Positions 25,284 through 41,180 of a stretch of 49,414 bases of DNA are shown here, in pieces. Within the stretch, counting starts at the first letter, position 1; every line of letters starts with the position of its first letter. Source of the DNA: Octopus bimaculoides (Eukaryota); NCBI RefSeq assembly GCF_001194135.2, contig NC_068981.1, positions 75,736,820-75,786,233 on the forward strand, given 5' to 3'. The position numbers were made by a program, and so were the translations under genes. The notes beneath the pieces are model-generated. The model saw only the letters and a program-made list of their open reading frames with translations. It was not told the DNA's origin and did not search any database.

Positions 25284-26270
25284 AATCTTTACATTTTGTA
25301 TCTTTTCATTTGTCTTGCTCGCTTACGTTCTGCCGTTTGCTGAATTTTCTGGAGAACAATTTCTTCTTAGTGGTCAGACCATAGGTGGTCTACTTCTAGC
25401 ATAATCGATGCCCACTTAGTGGTCATCCCTCTTATATGTATGTAATATAATTTTTTCTGAATCTTCAGATTTTTCAATATGCTAGGCCACTGGTTTTAAA
25501 TTGATATTAATCAAATTAATACTCAATTTTTCATTCTTATTATTTAAATTTATATATATATATAGGTGTGTGTACGTGTATGTGAGTGTTCGTGCGGGAG
25601 TGTGTGTATTGTACATGAATGTTTGTGTGAGAAGCTTTACAAGTGCCGTGGGTAGGACTCTGACATTTATAAAAATATGGACATGAAACATATCTGCTTC
25701 CTTTAAAACTGATTTGAAGCTAATCAGAAAAACTGTCTTACAAATTAGCCGGTATGTTGTGATTTTCAATGTCCACAATGGTAAACGTTTATTAACTCAC
25801 ATCAAAGCTAGAATTTGTAGAGTTGAGATTTATTATTAAAATATAAACTGAATAATCTATTTATGATTAATCTTCATTATACATGAAACACGTTTAACAT
25901 AACCATATTATTGAAGTTCAAATCTATAGATTCCTATTCATGTTTTAGATATGTGTGTGTGATATATATTTAATAATATATATTTATATTACATGTGAAA
26001 ACGAATTGTAGTGGCTCGTATGATTAAATGAGACATGTGAGTGTGGTTATATATGAGTTTAGTATACATACAAACGTATTTACATGTATATATACATATA
26101 TTTGTATGTGTGTGTTTTTTTTGTGTGCGCGTGTGCATGTGAGTGAAGTGAGGCGGGTATACTTTTTAGTTTCCGACAATAACTTCAGTTACCCAAAGGA
26201 TACTAAGACAGCGCTCAACCTTTAACGGTTCACATGATAATATTAATACCAATACTTTCTTGTAAACCAA

Positions 26271-26481
26271 GGCAGCGAGATGGTCAAATCATTTACATGC
26301 CAAGCACAATGCTTAACGCGTTTCAGCCGCGTATACGGTCCGATTTAAAATTCTGTGGAGGTCGAGTTTGCCTTTCATACTTTTGCAATCGATAAAAGAA
26401 GTACTAGCAGAGGACTGCGGTCGATGTAATCGACTTACCGCTTCCGCCAGAATTGCTGGCCGTGTACTGAAACTTGAAACC
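26271..26481 (+). mobile_element. tRNA-derived SINE, diverged full-length copy
   Basis: ggcagcgag..gaggtcgagtttgcctttcat..gtcgatgtaatcgac..ggccgtgtactgaaacttgaaacc. Confidence 0.8.
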
Positions 26482-26520
26482 AACACACATACATACACGC
26501 ACACACACACATATATATAT

Positions 26521-26565
26521 GCCCCAGCATGGCCCCAATCAAAATGACTGAACCAACTACAAGAA
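26521..26565 (+). mobile_element. 3' end fragment of the CORE-like SINE
   Basis: ccagcatggcc..atcaaaatgactgaac matches the reverse complement of 46605-46650. Confidence 0.55.
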
Positions 26566-29133
26566 AAAAGAATACGACGCACACGCACTTACATACGTAT
26601 ATACACAAAATATGTGTACGCCTAAATGCGTATATACGCACACTCATACACACATATATGTAGGTATATGTGTCTGTGAGCATGTATGTCTGTGTTCACG
26701 CGTATGTATATAGATTACGTAGATTGCTTCGTACGAACAAACCGAAGCAGTTTAGCAGTAGTTATGTTAAAGTAGGTCAGTAATTGACCCAATACCTTCA
26801 GCTTTGAGTATTATTTCTAATTTTGAACATATCCTCGTGGCAAATCTCGGACAGTAGAACAGTAAAGAAACGAACAAGTAAAATATCGCTCTATTTGGTG
26901 TAATATAAATACATAAGAGTACGAAATAATGTACGAAATATTCTAATGCTAGCATGCATTAGTTACAATGATCTAGCTGCAGTAAACGTTTTACATAGGT
27001 TCATTCATACATACATGCATATCATAATTACACACACACAAACACACACACACATACACACACACACACCAGCACACACATACGCACCCATTCACAGTCA
27101 CACGCACACACATACACCTGCACACGCACACGCACACACACGCACACACGTACACACAATGTATGTATGTATATGTATATGTGTGTATATGTGTGTGTGC
27201 GTGTGTGTGTGTGTGTGTGTATACATACTTAAGTAGGAAATGTCATGGTTTTCAGGGTTTAAAGTCTCAGATCCAATTATCGTGCACACATATCCATATA
27301 TTTTACAGTTCACTGATTTATCATCTGCTCTAGAAATGGTTTATTCTTCTTAGATCTAAGATGATTATGCATTCCGATGTGTGCAATGTTGTCTCTAAAG
27401 ATTATTGTCTCTCTGAGATTACTGAACATCTTTGAGAATTCGAGCAATAGGAATGCATTGTATTTATACACACACACACGCACACGCACACACACACACA
27501 CACATACACCCCCCCCCACACACACACATATATATATATATATATACGTGTGTGAGTATGTGAATATATACATATACATGTGTGTATGTATATTATATGT
27601 ATATATACGTACGTGCGTGCAATATGTGCTCGACATATGAACCGTCTATAATCCAGGTCTAAGTTCAGCATCGAAACTCTTCAGTTAATAAAAAAAAAAA
27701 AACATAAACTTCACTCATTCCCACTCACACTATCGAAAAGTTTTATATTTGTGCATATATGAATAAAGACACGCTCCTGACACATCTACATATGAAATAG
27801 TATGTCCTCGTGCGTGAATACGTATATTGTTGCATAAACGCCAGTTCAAAGTGAAGTGATTGTGATGTTACAGATATTAATGAGTGTTTTGTCCGTGTGT
27901 AGCAAGGGTTACCGTAAATGACAACCGCTGACGTTAACTTTCAGCATGACTGGTACTTATTCTTCCACTACCGAAATACAAAAGACATTTTGGCAACAAT
28001 GTGGCATGAACTTATAATGCAATGCATCCTTATTAAAGGCTGGTAGGTATAGCAACCAGCACTGTTATGTTTCCATATGGGAACTGCGTTTTTAAGTTTC
28101 TTTCAATCGCTGTTACTATATAGAATAGTTGTTGCACTTAATACTGTTTCTTAGAGAACTTTGTTGATGAGTTTCTTGTTTTCAACAGATAATTTTAAAA
28201 TTATGATGTTAGAAGACACTTTCAAACACGTGAAGCATTTCAGCAATGAAACGATCTATAAACAATGCAAAAAAAAAAAAACATTAAATTTTAAAGATGC
28301 TTGGAAATTTTGTTTGAATTATTTTGCGTGTAAACTTCGCTTTACTTCGTGTTAAATCTATCAGTACTTTCACAATCATTGAAATGAAGCGACAACTTGT
28401 TTTTTATTCATTCTAATTCTAACATTGCAGAGGTATTATTAATATTAGTGTTGCATGAGAAAAATGAATTATAAAAAAATGTACAGGTGATATAAATTAT
28501 GATTACATTCTGCAACGACTATCATCTGTTAAAATTCATATATTTATTGATTATTATTAGATTTACTTCCGTAGTGGAGTGGAATAAATTGTTGCAGTCG
28601 TTTACAGTGTATGAATTTCTCATTCAATGTTTAAATACAGAGTTCAAATGATAGTTATATTAGAGGGGAGTGGATAAAAAATGGAAATATCTCGTGATAA
28701 AGTCAACATACTAACGCTCACGATATACAAATGTGAGGCAATGTGATACATCATTATTAGCTTTCTGTGGTAAGCCAATTATGGATTTTAGATATGCTTC
28801 GACTGCACTTTGGAAATGAGACGATATAAAGTTTACACGGCATCAAAGGTAGTTAAAACTATGTTTTTCAAAGCGAAATACAATATAAATATGGCAATTA
28901 CCTCTACGAACTATTTATGTTTTCCTTGTGACAAACAATGTATTGCAAAGGTGCAATAATCCGAATTAATATTGGACGAGGGAATGAATGGCGACACACT
29001 TCCGGTAGACTACATTAGACAGAATTTCAATTCAGTAATGGAATTTTAATTGCTCTCAAACACGAAAGAAAAGCAAACACGAAAATTACGCACGCAAGCA
29101 TACATACACATATATACAAAAATATATATGTAT

Positions 29134-33119
<3,986 letters not shown>

Positions 33120-33151
33120 TTTAATATTATCATTGTCAGTATTATTATTAT

Positions 33152-33565
33152 AGATGTTGCACAGTATACAATATCGTGAGGTTCTTGAGTGAAGATATTG
33201 TGTCTACTGGAGGTTTGTACTGTCTGTCACAACAATGACCTCAGACAGAGAGTACTTTACTCAATATGCGTGAAGTTCCAAATAATGCCTACTTTTGCAA
33301 TACATCTAGATTGTAGGGTATCTCTAAGGTTTTCATATGTTTTTTTCAGACTGGGTGGTATTGAACCCAATGTTCCGATATCAATAGGGATAACCTTTAA
33401 GTTCGACTCTCATAGCTACCACATCTTAGCGATCTCAGTTCTCATTTCTCCATATTTATCAACGTTTTCTCTTTCTTTCATGATGATATGTTGATCTCCT
33501 GGCACTGCTACATCGATTATTAGGCACTCTTATTTGTTCCCCTTAAAGGTTACTATATCCCAAAT
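33152..33565 (-). mobile_element. Third R4/Dong-like 3' end
   Basis: IDVAVPGDQHIIMKERENVDKYGEMRTEIAKMW..LKVIPIDIGTLGSIPPSLK, followed by 3' UTR and a degenerate (AAT)n tail at 33121-33151. Confidence 0.8.
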
Positions 33566-33689
33566 ACTTTACATTCTTAGATCAAATACACAGTTGGAAA
33601 CTTTGCTTATGATTTCTCCATAAGGTACATGTTTTGTAGTGGGTTGAAGGTATCGACTAAGTCATCCCATCAATATATCTGATCTTGCA

Positions 33690-33830
33690 TTCTGCCGAGA
33701 TCGATATTATCTTTTATACTTTCGAGGTTGAGAAAATAAGTACGACTGGTGTCGATGTAATCGATTTCTATCCTCACCAAAGCTGCTGACCTGCCAAAAT
33801 TTGAAACCAATATTTCCTGCCTAGCTTCTA
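33690..33830 (+). mobile_element. Old tRNA-SINE copy
   Basis: ctgccgagatcga..aataagtac..gtcgatgtaatcga..ccaaaatttgaaacc. Confidence 0.6.
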
Positions 33831-34110
33831 AATTAGAAACATTTTGTGGATGGCAAGAATCGTCAGAACGTTGAACGAAATAACTTTTGCTATTTCTTCT
33901 TGCTCTTTGCGTATTAGGTTCAAATTTCACCGTTGTAATCACTTGCATTTCATCCCTCTAAGAGTCTAAGAGCGACAAATTAAAGTACCAGTCGATAATA
34001 ATAGCTACTGCGCTTATCCTGAAAATAATTACTTACCTTGGGCTTAATTAGAAGCTATTATAATTATTATTGCCTTCATAAGGATACAAAATATTTTCTC
34101 TCTCTATTTC

Positions 34111-34211
<101 letters not shown>

Positions 34212-35046
34212 GTATTGATGTGTCAATTTATGAAGTTGTGAATTGTCACCATTGCTAGATCATTGGATTGCTGCCTTGTGGTGTTGGTTACAAATGTTTA
34301 TATTCTGAGGTCGACTTTATTTCGATAAAATAAAATGCTCGTCAAGAACTGTTGACCTGGAGTCTAAATTAGCAATCAATTGTCCCTATTACACTTAGTT
34401 ACCGAACTTTACTTTTTGCCGGCTAGATCAACTATAACATTTATCGTTGCAAACATAATTACCGACCACTACTTGTGAATAAATTCCACAATACTTAATC
34501 TCTAAATCTAAGACATTTTAAAAAGAAATCCTTATGATTAGCAAGTTTCTATACATAAATTTTCATGCAAATCAAAGTTCTATTTGATATGTAGAAAATA
34601 TCATTCAGATATATCATTTTAATATTTGCCCCAATGTCATTAATATATGGCTTTATACGTCAATAAATAATTGTTATTATTATTAATTCTGTTTTTAAGT
34701 GTTTCTCTTTGTTTTGTGGAAAGATTACTTGATTCACATACATCACTAATTAATGCTTAGTCTGGTTATCCGTTTGTCGTGTGAGAATTGTAGAATTCAT
34801 TGATAATTGCAGTGCGTATATTTGGTATTTCTGATACATTCTGGTATATTTTGATAAGTATATATATATCTGTGTGTGTGTGTGCGTGTGTGTGTGTCCG
34901 TGCGTGCGTGCGTGCCTGTGTGTATGTATATACATGTAAATGTGTGAGGATGCGTATGTACATAAATACGTATATATATTATGTATGTATGTATGTATGT
35001 ATGTATCTATGTATCTATGTATATATGTGTGTGAATGCAGAGCATT

Positions 35047-35160
35047 TACTGATTTCTAATGTTTCTATTGATTGTATCGTTTTTCTTTCATTTCAGGTAA
35101 GTAGCTGTAATGCTTTCATGTCAGTCTGGAGGTTAATATCAGCATTGTTGTCAGGTAAAA
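35047..35160 (+). promoter_or_regulatory. Candidate recursive splice site / cryptic 58-nt exon
   Basis: Branch-like ttctaat (35054-35060), tract gtttttctttcatttCAG (to 35096) immediately followed by GTAAGT (35097-35102); second donor CAG|GTAAAA at 35155. Confidence 0.4.
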
Positions 35161-36429
35161 ATCAATATGGAAATTTTCCTAATGTAGGACAGCTTGCTTT
35201 GTGCTTTCATTTTCTACAGAGAACGAGATACATTAAGACTTCTTGTAATTATGTCTTGCCAGATGTTATACAAATGGAGTGAATGTTTGCGCGCCTGTAT
35301 GTGTTTATATCTTTGTACATATATGGTATATAATATATACATGTTTATATATATATATATATATNNNNNNNNNNNNNNNNNNNNNNNNNNNNNNNNNNNN
35401 NNNNNNNNNNNNNNNNNNNNNNNNNNNNNNNNNNNNNNNNNNNNNNNNNNNNNNNNNNNNNNNNNNNNNNNNNNNNNNNNNNNNNNNNNNNNNNNNNNNN
35501 NNNNNNNNNNNNNNNNNNNNNNNNNNNNNNNNNNNNNNNNNNNNNNNNNNNNNNNNNNNNNNNNNNNNNNNNNNNNNNNNNNNNNNNNNNNNNNNNNNNN
35601 NNNNNNNNNNNNNNNNNNNNNNNNNNNNNNNNNNNNNNNNNNNNNNNNNNNNNNNNNNNNNNNNNNNNNNNNNNNNNNNNNNNNNNNNNNNNNNNNNNNN
35701 NNNNNNNNNNNNNNNNNNNNNNNNNNNNNNNNNNNNNNNNNNNNNNNNNNNNNNNNNNNNNNNNNNNNNNNNNNNNNNNNNNNNNNNNNNNNNNNNNNNN
35801 NNNNNNNNNNTATATATATATGTATGTATGTATATATATACATATATATATATACATATACATACATACTTTGCGTACTGAACGAGCAATGTTTTAGCGA
35901 TCTCGAAAGTAAGTTTGAGACATTGAATCAGTTAATAAACTAGAAGTCTCGTGTTATATGTTGTGCCAGTATGTGATGGTTTCTCATTGATAAATAACAC
36001 CTTATGTATGTATTTCTGTCTTTGCTTTGTCTTTATTTCGATCAATTTTCTATTTTAGAAATGGAATTGAATGCAAACGTATAACGCTGATTTCTTAATA
36101 TTGTTGAGAACAATTGCACATCTGCATATTCTCTCTTTATCAGATTATTCATTTTGGTCTTAGGAACATGACATTTTGGATTTGAATCTATAATTATGAT
36201 GTGATTTGCTAGAAAGGTAAAAGATCATATAAAGTGGCCTCTGGCATTTATTTCATCATCTTATGGGTCATGTTTTCAAATATCCTTGGACATTGTATTT
36301 CACATTCCTTGACCATCGGTCTCGTTCGGGATACATATATATATACATACATACATACATACATATGTACAAGAAATAGAGAATGGATTAGAAAACCAAG
36401 AGTGATACGTAGATACTAAGTATCGGTTT

Positions 36430-39400
36430 TTGATGAGATTCACGACGTCCCCTTGCTAGAAATAGACTGAACCGAGCGATTATAAACAGTAACGGTCGGA
36501 GTGTTAGTTCGAGTTGAGTTCGCAGTGAAGTCAAAAGGTGTCACTTGGTTAGTTCGTTTGGTATATTGATTGTTGGATCGCGAAGAGATTGTTGGATCGT
36601 TACGTTGCTATTACGGCCGCATCGTTATCTTGTTTACTGTTGCTACACTCGTACTGCTCATCTAATCTATCCGTCACAATATTGTGGTGGTAGCACAACA
36701 TTTGGAGACGGAGGATGCAAAACCTGTCGATGAGGATTTTAAATCTCACGTAGGTTATTTAACAATTTGTTCGTGATACAACTTGTTGAATAATGGAAAA
36801 CATATAGGCTTCTGTAGCAAAAAGTAGCAAAAGCAACAAGAAAAACAGCAACAGGATTTGCACACGTAACTAGTACAGCAACAATTACAACAACAGCAAT
36901 TATTGGTGCTATACTCCAAGAAGTCCGAAAATTCGGTAGGTCCATTTTCGCCAGAAGGCGTATCGAACTCCATAACAGAATTCAGTTATAACCCAGAGGC
37001 GAGTATAACTTTTGCAGCGTACCTCAGAAGGAATGAGGAGATTTTTTAAAGAATGCAAAACATGCAAAAAATAAAGTAAGTTTGTTTAGTACGTAAACTA
37101 GCTCCGTCTGTGCATGAATAATACTGTAATTTTTGTAATATTGCCCAAAAGTTTAGTGAAATTGTTTTCAGGAAACAATAAAATTGCTGTATAACATGTT
37201 CGATGATAAATCTCTATTTAACACTCGAAGGGAGTGGATGACTTTGTCACTTATGTAGGAACAGTCAGCAGAATTTGTGAAAGTTTTAAACTTAAAGACC
37301 TTAATCCTGAGATGTTCAAGTGCCTCATTTTTGTATAAGGCCTTACAGCAAAGGAAAATACAGGAATACGGCAAGAATCCTTTCAATAAACAAACAAAGA
37401 TTTAACAATGTAGACTGTTGCAGAAGAGTGTCAAAAGATGGTGAACCTGAAACACGACGTAAAGAAATTTTTTTAAAATACAGATATGTCGACCGAGAAA
37501 GTCTAACCAAAGAAAATTGCATGGTCCCAATTCATGTTACGGATGTGGAGGTCTATATTTAAGAAAAAAATTGTCTTTTTAAAAACCAAAAATTTTACTG
37601 TTGTAAAAAATTTGGACACAAGAGTTCACACTTCAGAACAAAAGTACGAAGGTGATATGTAAAAAATTCTAAAGTGCTGTCAGCAGAAAGTTACATCGAC
37701 TCCCAAATAAGGAAATTTGTATATGTAAAAGGAAACAGAGTAAATATTAAATTACAACAGGATACTGGTAGTGACATTTCAGTCGTTAACATTGACACGT
37801 GGGTGAAAATAGGGAAACCTATGTTAAGAAAAACAGTCAAAACTTCATGTGGTATGACAGGTGGCAAAATACACTTTGTAGACGAAATGTGGAATGATGT
37901 TACGTTTCGAGTAAAAACTTGCAAGGCGAACGTTTTCGTCGTAAAGGATGTAACCAATCTGTTTGGTACCGACTGGTTGGAGTTATTTGACTCATGAGAT
38001 CTCCTTATAAACCGGTATTGTAAAACCTTAATTGGCTTCCCCACTAGTGAACTGAAGAAAAAAAATTAATTGAAAACGATATGCGTGATGCTATTCACGA
38101 ACTGCAACTAACAGCGCATGATATAAAATTGAAATCCGCAGAGGATAATTACACTACAAGAATGAAAGAAATGTTGAAAAGTAACCCCACCCCACAAAAA
38201 ATACAAATGCGAATAACTTTTCACTATGAGATGTTTTAATATACGCGCTAAGAGTGGTAGTACCAATTGTACTACAGAAACAAGTAATGCAGGAATTCCG
38301 CAGTGGACACCCGGTAATTTCGAGAATGAAAGCCTTTAGGAAGAGCTATGTATATTGGCCTACAAAGGACCGGGACATTGAAAAGTGTGTAAAATGATGT
38401 AGAGGTTGCGCGCTAGCAGCCAAAGTACCACCGGTAATATACCAATCGTGGCCTGAGACGTATAGTCCGTGGACCAACGTATATACCGACAACTCTGGAC
38501 CGGTGAATGGCGCATACTATCTAATTGTTGTTGATAGCAGTTTAAAGTGGCCAGAGGTATGCAGGCGCAATAAACCAAATGCAAAGACTGATATAATAAA
38601 GTTTCTGTTTGAATTATGTGCTCGATACGATGTTACAGATGCGTTAGTATCAAAAACTAGAATACAATTTACAGGTAGTGAATTTTAAAATTTCTGCAAA
38701 ATACATACGATAATGCATATTTTTACTCCACCCTACCATCCGTGGTCAAACGGTCAGGCAGTAAGATTCGTTGATACTTTCAAGCGAGCATGACAAAAAG
38801 CAGCGAATGACGTAGGAAATGACGAAGCGCTAACGAAATTCTTGAGGGTGTATCGAGTAATGCCAAATGCGAATACCAGTTCAAGAATGTCTATTGCATA
38901 CTTAATGTTCACACGAAAAATGAAATTGCCAGGAAAAAGATATATTCAAAGGAAATACAGAAAAGGCAACAAATCATTTCGAAGTAGGAGATAAAGATCA
39001 ATTTAAAACTTTCAAGGCTGCGAGGATGGTTTTGTAATTGGGACACATGATGCATGTAATTAAAGGACTATGTTGGGAACATAAGAGACACCTAAACCAA
39101 CAGAAACACGAAGGGAAATACCAATGGAAGTCTGCTATGACATGCTTGAGATCCCAGCACCGAAAGAAATTAAGCTTCCCAGAAGCAGCAGTAGAAAAGG
39201 GAAACTGACTGTACACTTCGACATAATGACAAAACGAAAAAAGATATTGAATTTTTTTTAAAGAAAAGGAGAGGAGGAATTGCTGGAAAGGAAAAAAAAA
39301 TTATGAGTTTCACTTCTTACGGAAGTTGAAGTCGATTATAGATAGTAGCAGTCGGAGTGAAGTTTGTGTGTTACCTTCAGTTGGGTTCGCAGTGATGTCG

Positions 39401-39569
39401 GAAGGTGTCGCTTGGTTTGTTCGTTTGGAATGTTGAATGGTGGTTCGTGAAGAGATTGTTGGATCATTACGTTGTTATTACGGCTGCATTGTTATCTTGT
39501 TTACTGTTACTACACACTGGTATAGTGTATCTGAACCTTCCGTCGCAAAATTGTGGCGGTAGCACGACA
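36430..39569 (+). mobile_element. Ty3/Gypsy (Mag/K02A2.6-like) LTR retrotransposon, RT-RNaseH deleted, decayed
   Basis: LTRs ~36430-36700 and 39281-39569 (TG..CA); PBS tttggagacggaggat (36701); PPT aaagaaaaggagaggagg (39260-39278); gag SNSITEFSYNPEASITFAAYLRRNEEIF; protease DTGS (37761-37772); integrase GHP...YWP..DIE..C..C, VVDS..KWPEV, PPYHP.SNGQA.RFVDTFKR. Confidence 0.9.
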
Positions 39570-40519
39570 TTTGGAGACGTAGCATAACACATTATCTCCT
39601 CGAAGGGATCTTGTTACATGTCTGGAGAGAGTTTTGATTATAAAGTAACCGCGTTTCTAACAAGATCCTATTACTCTATTAAGAAAAAATATGTGAAGAG
39701 ATGAGATATATCACAAATGTATTCGTCTATGAATAGAAAATTGTGCTTTATACTTACTGTGCCTTTTGTTGCAGCACATATGTAAATGGATATGGAACAC
39801 ATTTTCTCAAAACTATACATATATAGGTATATATCTAGCTATGTAGTTATCACTTGATCGATTATTCCATCCATACATCCATGCATCCACAGTGTATAAG
39901 AACTTTTCAGCAGCTGATATCTTTCAAAGTTTGCAGTAAAATCGTATCAGTGACAAAATCAGATATATAATATATTTTCCAATAGTTTACAACATAAAAC
40001 ATAAGTTGAATGCCTTCAACTGGTTTATCAACTGATTTTATTATATTATTCATTTATTTCTCTATATCACCTTTCTCCCTGCTACGCAAATCAGATTTTC
40101 CCATAAGCCGAAGATCTTCTATTCAGGTAATACTTTTCAATGTAGGGAGAGAGGAGAAATATGTTAGAAAACTCCTGCGAGATAGGTTTATTATTCCAAC
40201 ATTTTTAATGGAACCTGGGTCCTATAAAGGTAATATAGATCTATTTGCAAATCTCCAACTATATTTCTCACTTTCAATCCGTAAAATATGGCTGCCCAGT
40301 ATACGATTGAGCCCGCTGCTCGTGCAGACAAGCCCGTAGATTTGACAAGATGTTTAAAGAACAAATGCATCTCATGTGCAAATAACAACTGTAGGATACA
40401 CATTCGTGAACATATATGTGTGTATGTGTGTGTGTGTGTTTGTGTGTGAGTGTGCGTATATACGTATTTAAGCGTACATATATATTTGATGTATATACGT
40501 ATATATATGTGTGTATGTG

Positions 40520-40601
<82 letters not shown>

Positions 40602-41047
40602 TGTGTGTGTGTTTTCGATATAGTTTGGATTCTTTCTCATCAAATTTGATGGCAAAGAATCCAAACTAGATCGAAAACACACACACACATACACAGACAC
40701 ACACACACACATACACGCATACACACACGCACACACACACACACACATATATATATGTATGCATATATGTGTGTGTGTGTACGTGTATTCACATACAGAT
40801 TTGGATAGTACTGTTATAGTGTAAACATATCTACACTCTTTTCAGTGTATTGAACGTGTATCAGATAAGGTGGGTCACCAAATAAAATAGATTTATATAC
40901 CTTAACGCACAACACACGTACGCACACACGCACTCACACATACACACGCGCGCACGCATATGTTTTTATATGAGTGCATGTGTGTAAGAGGAACGAATAA
41001 TATCTTTCAAGCGTTGAAGACGATATCTTACATTATTTGTTTCAGCT

Positions 41048-41180
41048 AAGGCGGGAGCTGGCAGAATCGTTAGCAAGCGCGACAAAATCCATTTAACCTT
41101 TCTTTACGTTCTGAGTTCAAAATCTGCAGAAGACCACCTTGCCTTGCATCTCTTTCAGGATCAATATTAATAAGTATATT
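41048..41180 (+). mobile_element. tRNA-SINE 5' portion
   Basis: aaggcgggagctggcagaatcgttagca..tttacgttctgagttcaaa. Confidence 0.8.

Larger units (their letters stand above)
24782..25557. repeat. Interleaved inverted repeats (24782-24895 / 25177-25291 and 25043-25177 / 25421-25557): inverted PLE pseudo-LTR
   Basis: Both pairs read directly as reverse complements, e.g. aaaaccagtg.cctagcatatt.aaaaatctgaagattcagaaaaa..tattacatacatataa.agggatgacc. Confidence 0.9.
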
